From contig JAQGDQ010001087.1 in the NCBI GenBank assembly GCA_030141605.1, forward strand, positions 1 through 63,955: 63,955 nucleotides of DNA. The letters are read 5' to 3'. The DNA is from Tubiluchus corallicola (taxonomy: Eukaryota > Animalia > Priapulida). Below, piece by piece: positions 1 through 24,860 of this stretch. The translations under genes and the position numbers were made by a program. Position 1 is the stretch's first letter. Each line of letters starts with the position of its first letter. The notes beneath the pieces are model-generated. The model worked only from the letters and a program-made list of their open reading frames with translations. It ran no database searches and had not been told where the DNA came from.

Positions 1-1008
1 ATACAGCAACAGGCACAACGCAATAACGTGAAGTTATGAAAAAATTACGTTTTTCCAAATTTATTTGAAACAAGTTTATTTGTTGGTGGAAGAGAATTGA
101 ATAATTTTAAGTTTGATATAGATAAGTAAGTACTGTGACCTAAGTAATAGGCAGATAGGTAAGTAAATGTCTTAGATACGTAGGTAGATAAGTAGGTAGG
201 TATTAATGGGTAAGTATCTAAATAAGAATAGGTAAGTTGGTATGTGTGTATGTACGTAGTTAGACAGATAGGTAAAATACATACGTAGGTAGGAAGTGAC
301 TGAGACGGTAAAATTTGTAGAGGCAAGTAAGCAAACTTGTAAGACTGCTAGCAAAAATGATTTAAAACGTACGCACTGGACAGTGTATCAAGTAAATGGC
401 GTTTTTTGTGTAAAAATTGTTAGGTTGCAGTTCTAGAACAGGCTCCCAATTCAATATGAAACTCAAAGCTGCAAATTGCAAAATAATACCAGCCTACAAT
501 CTACAATTTATTGTTAAATTGTATTGTTGTGTTACCACACCTTACAACCTTGTACGGCAAACCGATAGTCGTTACACAATTGAAAGGTCAAAATTCTAGC
601 GTCATTTATGCAATCGAAGCAGAAAATTGATTAAGTAATGATTTATTTGTGATCATTTCTTTTGATCAAATGCCTTGAACTATAGGAAAAACATGTAAAC
701 GGAATAATAACAACTATAGCAACCAGGCTGCACCAAAAAATAGATTTTCATATGGTGATTTGTTGAAAGTAGTAGCAGACTCTTTGTAGAAAACTTTATA
801 ACTGACAGCATAGAAGTATTGAGTTTGTAGAGAGCTTGAAGTATATTAGATTGAAGTCAATGTAGACTTTTGTAGACTGGTTCACTCTGGTGGTTGAAAT
901 AAACAATATGAAATTGTATTGAACTGTGAAAGCCTTTATTTTTATTTACACATTACACTATTATTTACAGGAGAGAACGCACATGGTGACCATTCAACAG
1001 CAATGCTC

Positions 1009-1368
1009 ACACTGTCACACATTTCATTTCCGATTAATTTAAAGTACTACAATAATAATTTCATATGTGCTGCCACCTACATTAAAAATTATTTATTATT
1101 GAACTGAGTCAAGTTTAATTCGGGTTGTGGCCTTGCACGCGCATCCACTGAGTTTACCTGATTGGCTGGTAAAACACACTAGCAATCAATACTACCATAT
1201 ATGGGAAGCCCAGCAGGTACAGGTAACTGAGCAGCACTGACCAAGGCCACAACCTGGACTAAACTTGACGCGATTCAATAATAAATAATTTCAAATGTAG
1301 GTGGCAGCACATATGAAATTAGTATTGTAGTACTTTAAATTAATCGCAAATGAAATTTGCGACAGTGT
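1009..1368. mobile_element. Palindromic MITE-like element
   Basis: About 125-bp imperfect inverted arms (ACACTGTC...GGCCTTG / CAAGGCC...GACAGTGT). Confidence 0.8.
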
Positions 1369-1455
1369 TAGCAGTCAGCGTGGATATTACGGTAAAGGTG
1401 CTGATGGGTGGTTGTAGTTGTTAATGCATATCAGTATTTATAGCTGTATTTGTAG

Positions 1456-4400
1456 ATGTCCAGATGATCCAAGTTTATTCGAGAAAGCATCGATTGATGT
1501 GAGCGAGTCTGAAGACACACATCTGTACATATTCATGCCATTCCGTGCGTTCAAGTTTCCTGAAACGACTGTGGTCATCTTCCAATGTGACGTTAGACTT
1601 TGTCTTGAATTCTGCGTACCTGTACGTAATTTCCTTAATCTTCATCAGAATGTGAAATGCAAAAACAGAAGGGGGATTAACGAAAAGTGTCAAAAGAGAT
1701 GTTACGATCCACTATTTTTACTATGCATATGGCTAGATTGACTTTTATTTTCAATCATATACAAACTACATGATTACGAAAGTAGTATTACCTTACTACT
1801 GCAACTGAACTGTTAATACCCGGTGTCAGGAAGTGACATATCCACTATACTAAAAAGTTAAACGAGTAAACATAAACGCATTTTTTTTAAATTTTAATTC
1901 TTATAATATTTCTTATTTAATCTGTTTTTCACTTCTTATCATCAAAAATCAAAAATCGACAAATTTTTGAAGTGAGTTATTGCTGTAAACTTGATTGAAC
2001 ACACAAGTCTGTAATCCTATTAATCTATCTGTACATTTATTAGTCTAAGTGGACCTACCTTTTTCACAGTGGCTTGATACTTGTTAGAACTAAGAATTTT
2101 TTGGACTAGGTTCGGGAGGTGTGGCTTGAATTTTGGGCTAAAGCGGCTGTGTTTTTTCCTCTGACCTAAAACTTTAAATATTTGAAAGTTTATTCTAGAG
2201 TGGATGCTTTTTTGTGATTTGATTTTGAATTAAATCTACTGATTTTTGGTGACAGAAACAAAATTCATAACTGCTATGAGACTATTTCCATTGAAAAACC
2301 AACATCTCGTCAAATTATGACCCTCAGAACTGCGAACAAACGACACTACTACCTATTTTAATTAAAATAAGTGTTCTTCGTCGCAAAAGTTCTTTCTCGT
2401 GGCTGATCGGCTTTTAACGGTTCCTTTGCTTTTTTCTGTACGAAAGCGAGCAATCATTTCCGGACACCTCTTAGGCCCATTTTACAGTGAGGACGCGCGC
2501 CATAATTCCTCGTGAGGGATTCTAGGATCCTGCTGCCAGCTAGAAGCTGTACGTCCTCCTCGTGAGGAATTTGCCGCATTATAGAAGTACTGCATGTTCT
2601 ATTTTCCAACCACTCAATTACGTCTTTCTTATTTAACGAACAACATTTAACACATTTCAGTATAAAATTATAAAATTTAAACTCTGTTTTACAGACTGAC
2701 GATTATGCTTTATTAATGCATCATCGATGGTTATATTCGTGAAAAAAACGCGAACACATATTTATTTTATATATGTACATATTTCCAGTATTTGAAATGC
2801 TTAATAGAACTTTACTAAAAAACAAATAGGTCTGACATTACATTTACTGACATTATTAATTGTATTTTGTATATGAGAAATGCGGCAAGTACAACTTAAT
2901 TTAAACATGATTATTACAGCATAAAACTCGCAAAGTAGCTGCTAAGTGAACGCGCGGTTTCACTGTGAAATGAACTTTCTTGTTGCATGGATGTCGACAA
3001 AAACCGGAAAATTTTCCAAATATTTTTTGATTTTCCGACAGCAATTTCGTGCGCCATTTTTCTTACGTCCTGACTGTGAAATGGGCCTCACATATACTCC
3101 AACAGCATAAGTTTTGTTTACTGCAGACAGATTGTGGACCTGGTGTTGGACTCAGCTATGGCAGAAAGAAAAGAGAGGTAGATTACACTGATGTTGACTA
3201 CAACATGACCGTTGCCGTTGCATTAGATGTCTACCGTCAAGGCGAATCACCTGAAGAGATTCTGAATCAGTATTACGACTCTGAGTTACTGGAACAGCAC
3301 TGTAAGTATTTGCTTTGTCACGATGTAATCGTAGTAAATAGACTTCTAGAAAAAATCTCTCGATAAAATCAATATAAAAAAACCACAGTATTTTAGGAAC
3401 GTTTTTTGTTTTCTATAGTTTAGTAACGTAGAACCCGTATGAACTTCATTAATTTGTATGAGGTTGCCAAAATGTGCTTTACTGTCTGTTTTAGAGCCGA
3501 GCTGTTCACGGCTACGGCAACCTACGGAAAGGTTTTTCGTGCCAAAGAATGAGAATCGGAAACTAGTTAGATTGGAAACTCCTTCCATTAAAAAACATGG
3601 AACCTTTATTAGTTCAAAGAATAGATAAAAAATCTGTTTCTTCACTAAAATAAATTTTGAATGTGACTAACATTAAACAAATAATAAATTAATTCAATTT
3701 TTGATTGATTTAGTTGGCAAATTGCATTAAAAAAGCAGGAATTGTCAAATAACAGTTCAGAGTGAACAGATAAACAGTTACTAAGGTACTTTGTAAATAA
3801 AACTAGCAGATGAAATGTTGATGAAATTTGTCGGATAACCTATTAAAATTTCAAAAAAACTTATTTCTAATTGGGTCCCTAAAACAGACAACAAAACACA
3901 TTTTGCCACCCTCATACAAATTAATGAAGTTCATGAGTGTCTACGTTGCTAAACTATAGAAAAAAAGTTCCTAAAATACTGTGGTTTTTTTTTATATTGA
4001 TCTTGATCGAGACATTTTTTAGAAGTCCATTTACTAGCCATTTGAAATTAAATGGTGTAAGCAGCTCTAATCTTTGCGGTTTCAGCTTCGTAATTGTAGG
4101 AAACTTATCACAAGTTAGCGACATTCGACCTTAACACAAATGCCTCGGAATCCAACCACCCAATTCTTGTGTAAGGGGAATATTGACTATTTTAGCTGCA
4201 GTTAAGTCATGCTATGTCTAGCTCATAAATTTATGTGTGACCATTTGTCATAATTTTATTTGGGATGCTGCTTTTCGGTTATTTCTTTCACTGAGGAAGG
4301 ATTATATATGTGAGCTTGTTTAGTATCTCATCTCAGGGCTGTCTAGGTTCAGATCCTGCCTCATTCAATAGACTTGACCTGTGCTTCACAGAAGTGCAGG

Positions 4401-5210
4401 TTCGCTGCTAACCTGCAGTGCGCATGTAAAAGTGTTGTTTGGAGATCTTGACATTTAGCAGCAGCGTCTTGAAGCTTACTGAATGGTACATCGAAGAAAG
4501 GCAGACAAACAAGCATTCACGCTATCATGATATCATGAATAACTCCCGTTTCCACAGATAATTTTTTGTACAATAAAAAAACACGCAGTCTTTGAGATTT
4601 CGGAAAAGTTTGATTGCGGCATCTAGTAGAACTCAAATCTTTTTAGCAAAGTTCATTTCAAATATTTTAAGTTTCGTGAAGTTCAAGGACAATGCTTCCT
4701 TCTGGCCAAAATTGCATTAATTGTTTAATGGGCATTAGATTAGCATGTTTGCTTTAAAGAATTTCCAAAATAGCAGACACATTTTTCTATTTTTGGGGGA
4801 ATATAGGCCGGTGATAACATTTGCATTGACAAGTGTAAGGCCCTGTAAGTCTAACTGCAAATCGAAATGTGTTGTAAATTCTTTCGGAAAAACATTATGA
4901 CAATTTGCTAAAATAGTCAGGCGAAAGTCTGACGTAATACAATGGCGTTTTATCTATAGTCATTTGTGAAATATCTTTTACAGCTCAGTTCGGGCCAGGA
5001 CAAGAAGAAAAACGGAAAAAATACATTCTACTGAGTGTCATCTTTTCTGCCTTCCTAGTATTCTCAATAGGAGGAAATCTTATCATGGGCGTTTCAAGAA
5101 TAAAACGTCGCGAGGACAAAGTCAACCAAGTCAAAAGAGGTGATTTTGACAGCTGGACGATGTCCAGTTACACGTCTGTATCAACTACCAAGCTACAGAC
5201 GATACACTAG
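1456..5210 (+). CDS. ZP-domain membrane protein, last three coding exons (5' part not found in window)
   Basis: Exons 1456-1621 (ag|...|gtacgt; CPDDPS...PFRAFKFPETTVVIFQCDVRLCLEFCVP, ZP-C end motif), 3127-3301 (TDCGPG...GRKKR furin-type site) and 4984-5210 (hydrophobic YILLSVIFSAFLVFSIGGNLIMGV then basic tail, TAG at 5208-5210). Phases 0 and 1 join in frame; AATAAA motifs at about 5350-5370. Confidence 0.88.
2474..3087. mobile_element. PIF/Harbinger-like MITE
   Basis: TIRs GGCCCATTTTACAGTGAGGACG / CGTCCTGACTGTGAAATGGGCC; flanks TTA / TCA. Confidence 0.65.
3332..4036. mobile_element. MITE with long (~165 bp) terminal inverted repeats
   Basis: 3332-3498 is the imperfect reverse complement of 3873-4036; TA at both ends. 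Confidence 0.78.
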
Positions 5211-5964
5211 TGACTGGGACGTGTTTGTCATTGACAATTTGGAAACACAGAAATACGCAAAATGGGCAATTTTGAGTATTTCTCGTGAAATATTTGATCA
5301 AAATGTTGTAAATATTGATTTCACATTTTGCGAATAAGTATTTTCATGTAATAAATACTTTACATAAATAAAGCACATTTTTAGTTTTGCATTAGAACAA
5401 ATGGATGCAAAGTGTAAATAAATAATATTTTAATTTAGGACATTTGTTTAAAAAGCTGAGACATTTTTGTCAGAAACTAAATTTCTAAAACGGCAACAAC
5501 CTTTGCATTCATTTAAATGGGCGTCGTGCTCACTTTTAAAATCAAGGCTATGATCAAACTTGACTTTCCAGTCAGAGAAGAATTAAGATGTTTAAACCAA
5601 TTACTATATTTTGCTGGTTCGTACCATCATTAATTGATAACATTGAAATTAAAATTACAAATAAATAGATGTCCTGTTTTATTAGTAAAGGGAAGAATAA
5701 GAAAAATAAGATGTTCTTGTGTTCATAATAAGAGAAGAAAGGAATTTTTCTTTTGCAAAATGTCAGTTACAGATCACATTTCCTGTTATATTCTCTTCAC
5801 AGTGAAAGTGTTTGTTCAAACCAGTTTTAGTCATTTTGGCAATGGAAAAAATCCTTTGGCAGCACACAGAGGTAATATTTTCAGAAAAAGAAAGCACACA
5901 GAGAGTTACTCCAGCAGACACTTTCAAGAAATGCAAATGCCATTGTTATGTGATTGCACGCTTG

Positions 5965-6160
5965 CATGCTTGTATAAACACCCTGTTTATACGTGCATGT
6001 TCAACACCCCGTTTGTGCTTGTATTTTCAGCACCCCGTTTATGCTAGTATGTTCAACACCCCGTTGATGCTAGTATGTTCAACACCCTGTTTATACGTGC
6101 ATGTTCAACACCCCGTTCATGCTTTCATGTTCAACACCCCGTTGATGCTTGCATGTTCAT
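5965..6160. repeat. Minisatellite, ~25-30 bp unit (GCATGTTCAACACCCCGTTTAT) just downstream of the ENaC stop
   Basis: About seven recurrences of TGTTCAACACCC variants. Confidence 0.8.
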
Positions 6161-6232
6161 GCTTAGGATACTGCTTAGTGATTTGAATCCAAAGCAGTTG
6201 TTTGAAAGTCGTAGCTTCAGTGATGATAACTT

Positions 6233-17381
<11,149 letters not shown>

Positions 17382-19429
17382 TATTTGGCAATAGCAAAAT
17401 CCATATTTCTGTAATCACTTGGCAACTAAGTAACGCTACAACGGCACATCTGAATGATAAGACTTGTTGTCACTGTTGAATCATTAAAAAATAATAAAAC
17501 GGAGTTATGGCTGTCACACTAACTACGTGTGTGTTCGTCTGCTACTTTAGGATCTCATTTTGGACCTTCCACTGTCGGCTTGAAGATTATCTTCAAATGT
17601 AAGCCGTTAAATCATTCTCTCAATTGTAAAATTTGCAGAATAAGAAGTTTTAATGCACGTATTGTAGGTCGTGTAAACCACTTTTCCTCAAGTGTTCAAA
17701 CTCACGCTGCTTCATGAATGTCCTGCGATAAAGAAGCCTTTCTCGCCCTTTGCCACGCAACTGTAATAAACGATTAACTGGACCCGTTGACCCTTCCCGG
17801 TATATCTCCTTTTTTGCCAATTAATCTTAGTTGATTTGTAATCACATTACCAGCGGGTAGCTGCAACAACAAGCAACAGTTATTGTATCAACAAAGTTGC
17901 ACAGTTTGGGTTCAATTTGCGAAAACCTGATCAGACATTTTACCGGTGTTCCGTCAAACAATTTTTTAGACATGAATTATTTGAACTATACTCTCACGGG
18001 CTGTAGTAATTTAACGGTCGTTGAGATTCTCGATTAAATTATGTTTAGCAGATTTTAGAGAGGTTAATTAATAAGATTAATACTATGTAACGACCAGCTT
18101 AGCATATATCTTTGTATTTGCAACTAGATTTAGTTATTACTAACTTAACTTCGTTGTAGATTGAGATATGTTTTTCTGGCCAATGTAAATTTTACGGAAG
18201 TATACGTAATTTAGTTCGGGCTGTATAAAATTGTTGTTTCAATGTATAAACCAGGTGTTACACTTTAGTTATGCGCATAGGTCAAATCTAGGGTAAACTC
18301 GACGAACGGATATGCAAACACAGGTTATCCTGCTAAAGTGTTATGGAAGCCAGACTATGAGACAACCGGCTTTAGAGGTCTTTTCACACAGATGTGTAGA
18401 GAACGACGTGGCTCTTTGCAAGAGAGACTTGCGGGCAGATATAATGCTGGACAGTTTTTCTAACATATGTTTTGCCTCTTTGCATATAAATCGTGCAACT
18501 TTAGCTGGCTCTACCTAACGCTAATGTTTAGTGAAAGTTCCAACAACGTGTTAGTGACTATTTATTTGGGCAGTTCTAGTATTGAGCCCAGTTCACCATT
18601 TCTTTACATCGAGTTACATTGTGACATCTGACATGATAACCAAACTACCGGTCTACCAACGCAGGACGCTTCCGGGAACGACTCCCATCTGCTTATGACT
18701 TCGCAGTTCAGCTATGCTCTAAACACCCGGGTGTGCACACCGATGTTGTGGATCCGCCACCTTCGTCGTTGTGCTACCGCCGATAAGTATTGCTGACGTA
18801 TACTTTCATTGATGCTGAGACTGTAAGTGATAAATTCTGTTTCATTTGTTTAACTACTAGCCGACCGCCTGTTGCTTCCTTTTGTACAACGATACTTGCT
18901 TCGACTGGCAGTGGCTGGTAAAACAAAGACTCAGTTGAAAGTGCTGATAGCTTACATATAAACCTCGTGTGGACGGAGCTTTACTTTATGGACTTACTAT
19001 TAACAAGCATTGGTGAACTATTAGATTATTTTCTTTCGTTAACCAAAAGTAATTTTTGAGTATTGTTTGTAGCATCTGAAAGTATTTCCAGCCTGTAAAT
19101 TTTGAGTTGTGTAGCAACACATGTTTATTGAACTGGTACCCGGGTACAAATTAACAGCTGTTGCTTGGTTTGAACTAATTTTATATTATCAACATTTATG
19201 AATATTAAAGGGTATCTTATCATAAAAACTGCATAAAAATTAGTTTCACGTTTGGTGTTCAAGAAATATATTGAGTAAAAATTAGTATGACACACGCTAC
19301 CAAACAATAAGAGCGCTGATTGCTCATACTTGATTGTGAGATCCGCCCCACATTACATACTATTCAAACGTCTATAATATCAATGGATAAGACTAGTATG
19401 ACGAAAACTAGTTTGAATCTATGTGAGTT

Positions 19430-20465
19430 GATGAGTGTGTGAGTGAATGAGTGAGTGAATGAGTGAGTGAGTGAGTGAGTGAGTGAGTGAGTGAGTGAGT
19501 GAGTGAGTGAGTGAGTGAGTGAGTGAGTGAGTGAGTGAGTGAGTGAGTGAGTGAGTGAGTGAGTGAGTGAGTGAGTGAGTGAGTGAGTGAGTGAGTGAGT
19601 GAGTGAGTGAGTGAGTGAGAGAGGAGGAGTGGGGAGGAGTGAGTGAGTGAGTGAGTGAGAGGAGAGTGAGTGAGGAGTGAGGGGAGTGAGTGAGTGAGTG
19701 AGGAGGGAGGAGGAGGAGTGAGAGTGTGAGTGAGTGAGTGAGTGAGTGAGTGATGAGTGTGAGTGAGTGAGTGAGTGAGTGAGAGTGAGGGAGTGAGAGA
19801 GGAGGAGTGAGTGGGAGTGAGTGAGTGTGAGTGAGTGAGTGAGTGAGTGAGAGGGGAGTGAGGAGGAGAGAGGAGTGGGAGTGAGTGTGAGTGAGTGAGT
19901 GAGTGAGTGTGAGTGAGTGAGTGAGTGAGTGAGTGAGTGAGTGAGTGAGTGAGTGAGTGAGTGAGTGAGTGAGTGAGTGAGTGAGTGAGTGAGTGAGTGA
20001 GTGAGTGAGTGAGTGAGTGAGTGAGTGAGTGAGTGAGTGAGTGAGTGAGTGAGTGAGTGAGTGAGTGAGTGAGTGAGTGAGTGAGTGAGTGAGTGAGTGA
20101 GTGAGTGAGTGAGTGAGTGAGAGAGTGAGTGAGTGAGTGAGTGAGTGAGTGAGTGAGTGAGTGAGTGAGAGAGAGAGTGAGTGAGAGAGAGAGAGTGAGA
20201 GAGAGAGTGAGTGAGTGAGTGAGTGAGTGAGTGAGTGAGTGAGTGAGTGAGTGAGTGAGTGAGTGAGTGAGTGAGTGAGTGAGTGAGTGAGTGAGTGAGT
20301 GAGTGAGTGAGTGAGTGAGTGAGTGAGTGAGCGAGTGAGTGAGTGAGTGAGTGAGTGAGTGAGTGAGTGAGTGAGTGAGTGAGTGAGTGAGTGAGTGAGT
20401 GAGTGAGTGAGTGAGTGAGTGAGTGAGTGAGTGAGTGAGTGAGTGAGTGAGTGAGTGAGTGAGTG
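19430..20465. repeat. (GAGT)n microsatellite, ~1 kb with degenerate core
   Basis: Direct reading. Confidence 0.97.
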
Positions 20466-20799
20466 TAAACAAGTAAGTACGTAAGCGAGACTAAGTAAGC
20501 AAAGAAGCAAGCAAGCTAATAATTTTTAGTCCAAATTAAAATTTTACTCTTTTTTTAGATTCAGCCTTGTTAGTTTTGCTCATGTTAGTTTTATCCAAAA
20601 TTAAAGACATCTAAGTAAGTAAGTAAGTGAAATTTCTATTTCGAACTAAAAGTTCATAGAACACAACACATGTTCACATAAAATTTACATGAAAAATAAT
20701 TTACGTAGAACTTATAGACATAATAAAATCTAATGGTTAGTGGAAATTAATGAAAATAAAATGCAATGATTACTAGCAAATATTCATGAATTATATTAG

Positions 20800-21115
20800 T
20801 TTGTAGTGTATAGAACTTGCCTCCATCTACTGTGCAATTTAGACAGAATAAAAACATCAGAATTTAAAATACCATAATATATGCAATTATTGTTGCATTT
20901 TTTGACTCCCGTCATAAAAGGATATACTTTTTTCTTATTAAAACATCAAAATATACAATATTCAAATCTAAACACATTTGTCTGGCACTACAATCGTGAG
21001 GCAACGAAAATAACTTTCTTATACATTTACTGTAAATTATTTTAAAATCATTATAAACATTTAGATAATATGAACCATTAATTGATGTCTTTTGACAACA
21101 GTGCAGACCCCACAC
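20800..21115 (-). mobile_element. LINE ORF2 3' remnant
   Basis: IYSKCIRKLFSLPHDCSARQMCLDLNIVYFDVLIRK resembles L2/Crack-type ORF2 ends; degraded. Confidence 0.45.
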
Positions 21116-23435
21116 ATATTAAAACGCCAGAAACTTGCAGGACTACTATATTCTGTTCGTCAGGGAAACCAGAGTGAAACTCGCCTAATTAGTATGTGCA
21201 GTAAACTCGTCGTAAGTGACATTGCGTACAAATAGGGTGGAACAAGCATGTATACTCAAACTGTGTTCCATCAATAAAGAAATTGTATAGCCCTATAACT
21301 TTTTGTCCAAATTGTGGTGTTAATTAATAATTACTGGAAACTAGCTGTGAGTTTACACCGGTGTAAGTACAAAAAAACCTTTGATGCTGTTCTATATGCG
21401 GCGTAAACTCAAACTGCGCTCTCTTGGTTTAGTTCGTCTGAGAACGGCGAGATTAACCAACAAATCTAGAATTGCAGTTTGATTAATAGACATGCGCTAA
21501 TTGATAACTATTAATGCGAATATTAAAATAACTGCACATCAGTCACCTTTGTGACAGTGTAGATTCAACACACTACAGAACTGATTGTTTCATCGCTAGC
21601 AGTTCAAGCATCTTTACTTCCTTTTTGCGTTGTGTGCAACAAGCTTCAGGGTTCTTATAGCTTTAATAATCATAATAATTTACAATGATATAACTCATAT
21701 CAAAATGCACTAATGTTTTATACATTATCATAAGATATGCAAGATACATAGTGATGGAAATTAAACAAATTGAGCAGTTAATTATGTTCAAAAATGTGTG
21801 TCATAAAAGTACTAAAGCATAATACATTACCTGTATATTTGTTTAGTATTTTCTAGAATTCCATAAAATACGAAAAGCCCACGTAACAAATTGCAAAAAA
21901 CTTTGACCAAAGAAAACTATAGGTTATACGAGCCATACAAACTCTTTGAACGATGTTTTTAAAGCGGTGCTGCGTTTATAATAATTTATTCAAAAGACGA
22001 AAAAAACACAGTGCCACCTTGTTCACAAAATTCATTTATTTAGGCCTACTATTCATGTAACTGCGTATTACAAAAAATACACAGTTTCACTCGTGGTTTT
22101 TCTCTCGTATTAACCGATCTGCCATAGACTTCACATTTGTCATTCTCGCACAACTATAATAAGCTATAATGATGCATGCCTAGTAACACTCATGACAACA
22201 AATGGAATGGGAGATATAATAGTACTCTTCGAATTCTGGTTAATCATTAATAGCGTCAACATGATTCCTGTACGAGAAAATAGCAACTAATGGGATCTCA
22301 GTACATTAGGATTCTCTGCCGTTTAGATATACCTACTACTACAATAGAGTTCATTTAATTTTAGCTATTCATGAAAAAGCCATTAATTATTATTTTTATT
22401 CCTGTTCCTCGCATCATGCAGTTTTTTATCGCTAAATTGGCAAGCTGCCAAAACAGTCAAAAAATGCAGTGAAATTTGCAATTCATTCATCAGTTCATTA
22501 TTTTTGTTCTCTAATTTTGATAATTAAAAGGAAACATATTTTTATGCCTAGCATCTCTAACAACTTCTTCGTTCAATTGCGATTCTTGTTGTAGCATATA
22601 TTCTATACCTATATCGCCCTGATAATTTTTATTAATATAAGATTTTTTATGGTCTGAAATAGACTTTAAAATAGAATAAATAAAAATTTAAAGAAATTAA
22701 AAAAACCACTGATTTACATTCACCGACATAGTATTCGAAATTAATAAACTCTTGCAAAATTCCATTTAATTACCTTGCAATGGCGAAAAAACTTCAGAAA
22801 AAGTTTGATTAATCACGATAGATTGCTTATAATTATGATGAATAACTATAAATAGAACATTATTGAGAATTAATATGAGTTGAGTTTCAAATGAAGTGAA
22901 TTTAACAAACCGAGTTTAAAAGAAAACAGGATGATTTTTCATATACTACGCCATTTTCAAATCCGATGAAAAGTATACATTTTAACACAACTAATACTGC
23001 AAACGTGTTTCTGATAATTAAATAATAGATTAAAAATCCCCCCCCTGGCCTTCATTTACCAACCAGAACTGATGTTAGTTAGTGTTGTGCTCAAGTACAC
23101 ACCACACTCAGCTATTCCGTCGCTCCATAAATTGAAGAAAAACAGAAACAAAATCACATATGGAACTGGATAAGTTATAAAACTCTGCAGCATACAATAT
23201 ATAAATCAAACACACTGTAATAGTCATAAACGTATACAATTCTAGTGGAAAAGATTCAGTTGTAATTATCTTTCGTTGTTATCTGCCGCATTTAGATTTT
23301 AGAATCCTTGAAATCTTAATTAACAGTAATAAATTATCAAGCTAAACAAAATGATTGAGCAACCACTAGCAATACTCAAAATAATAATTAAATATTTTAT
23401 AATTCAATTATCTATATTTAGCAAATAGATGTAAC

Positions 23436-23987
<552 letters not shown>

Positions 23988-24677
23988 GATGTAACCAAAC
24001 CAAAATCTCTTTGTTTTAGATGCCTTGATAATGAACAGTTTGTTCAAAACCCATCGGCAATAAATTCCATTTTGTTTGGTGTAATTATCTTATATTTCGT
24101 TAAAAATAATGATCAAAAATAACAATTGCTAATCTTTGCTATATGAAACTGCAAGTGTAAACCATAAACCTATTACTATAAATGTAATAATTATAATATT
24201 ATTCAACATAATATTTATGTAGGCCATAATTATATAGCAACAAGATATTGTAAAAAAATAGGCCATTGTTAAATATACATGTAACAACTGTAAGGTCCAA
24301 CCGGGTAAATCTAATACAATTATGATAATGAATGAAATACAAATAAATACTTTATAGACAGTACGAATATACTTTTACTCAGCATTGTCTATTATACCTA
24401 TGCTGTTGATAATAACACCGTCATGTCACAACTACGACCACGTGGTGAAAATAAAAGAATAAATAGATTCCATACTAATAGTAGCAGCACATATATGTGT
24501 TCATGTAGATATGTTTGTTATAATTTTTTTAATCAACTACGCTTAAAAAGAGCCGTGCACTTGTAGGGACGTGTTTCTGTAGTTTTGTAGTTTTGTAGAA
24601 AATTGTAGTTTTGCTGTTGTAAGTAACGTCGCTGATCTTTTACTGACATTACAAAACGGCTGTCAAGTATTTTATCA

Positions 24678-24860
24678 TTTTTTTGGCAATAAATAATACA
24701 ACTTTTCAGTCAACCATGCCAAGCGTTCATTTCTATTTTACTAGTTTGTTTTTGTCAATAAATAATGCAGTTTTTCAGTCAGCCATGCCAAGCGTTCATT
24801 TCTATTTTACCAGGTTTTTTTGCCAATAAATAATGCAGTTTTTCAGTCAGCCATGCCAGA
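24678..24860. repeat. ~60-65 bp tandem triplication over the 3' end of pentraxin A
   Basis: Three copies of CAATAAATAATGCAGTTTTTCAGTCAGCCATGCCA. Confidence 0.85.

Noticed and set aside
120-345. ORFs 45-326 and 172-354
   Set aside because: Degenerate AGGT/AGAT simple repeat; low-complexity translation.
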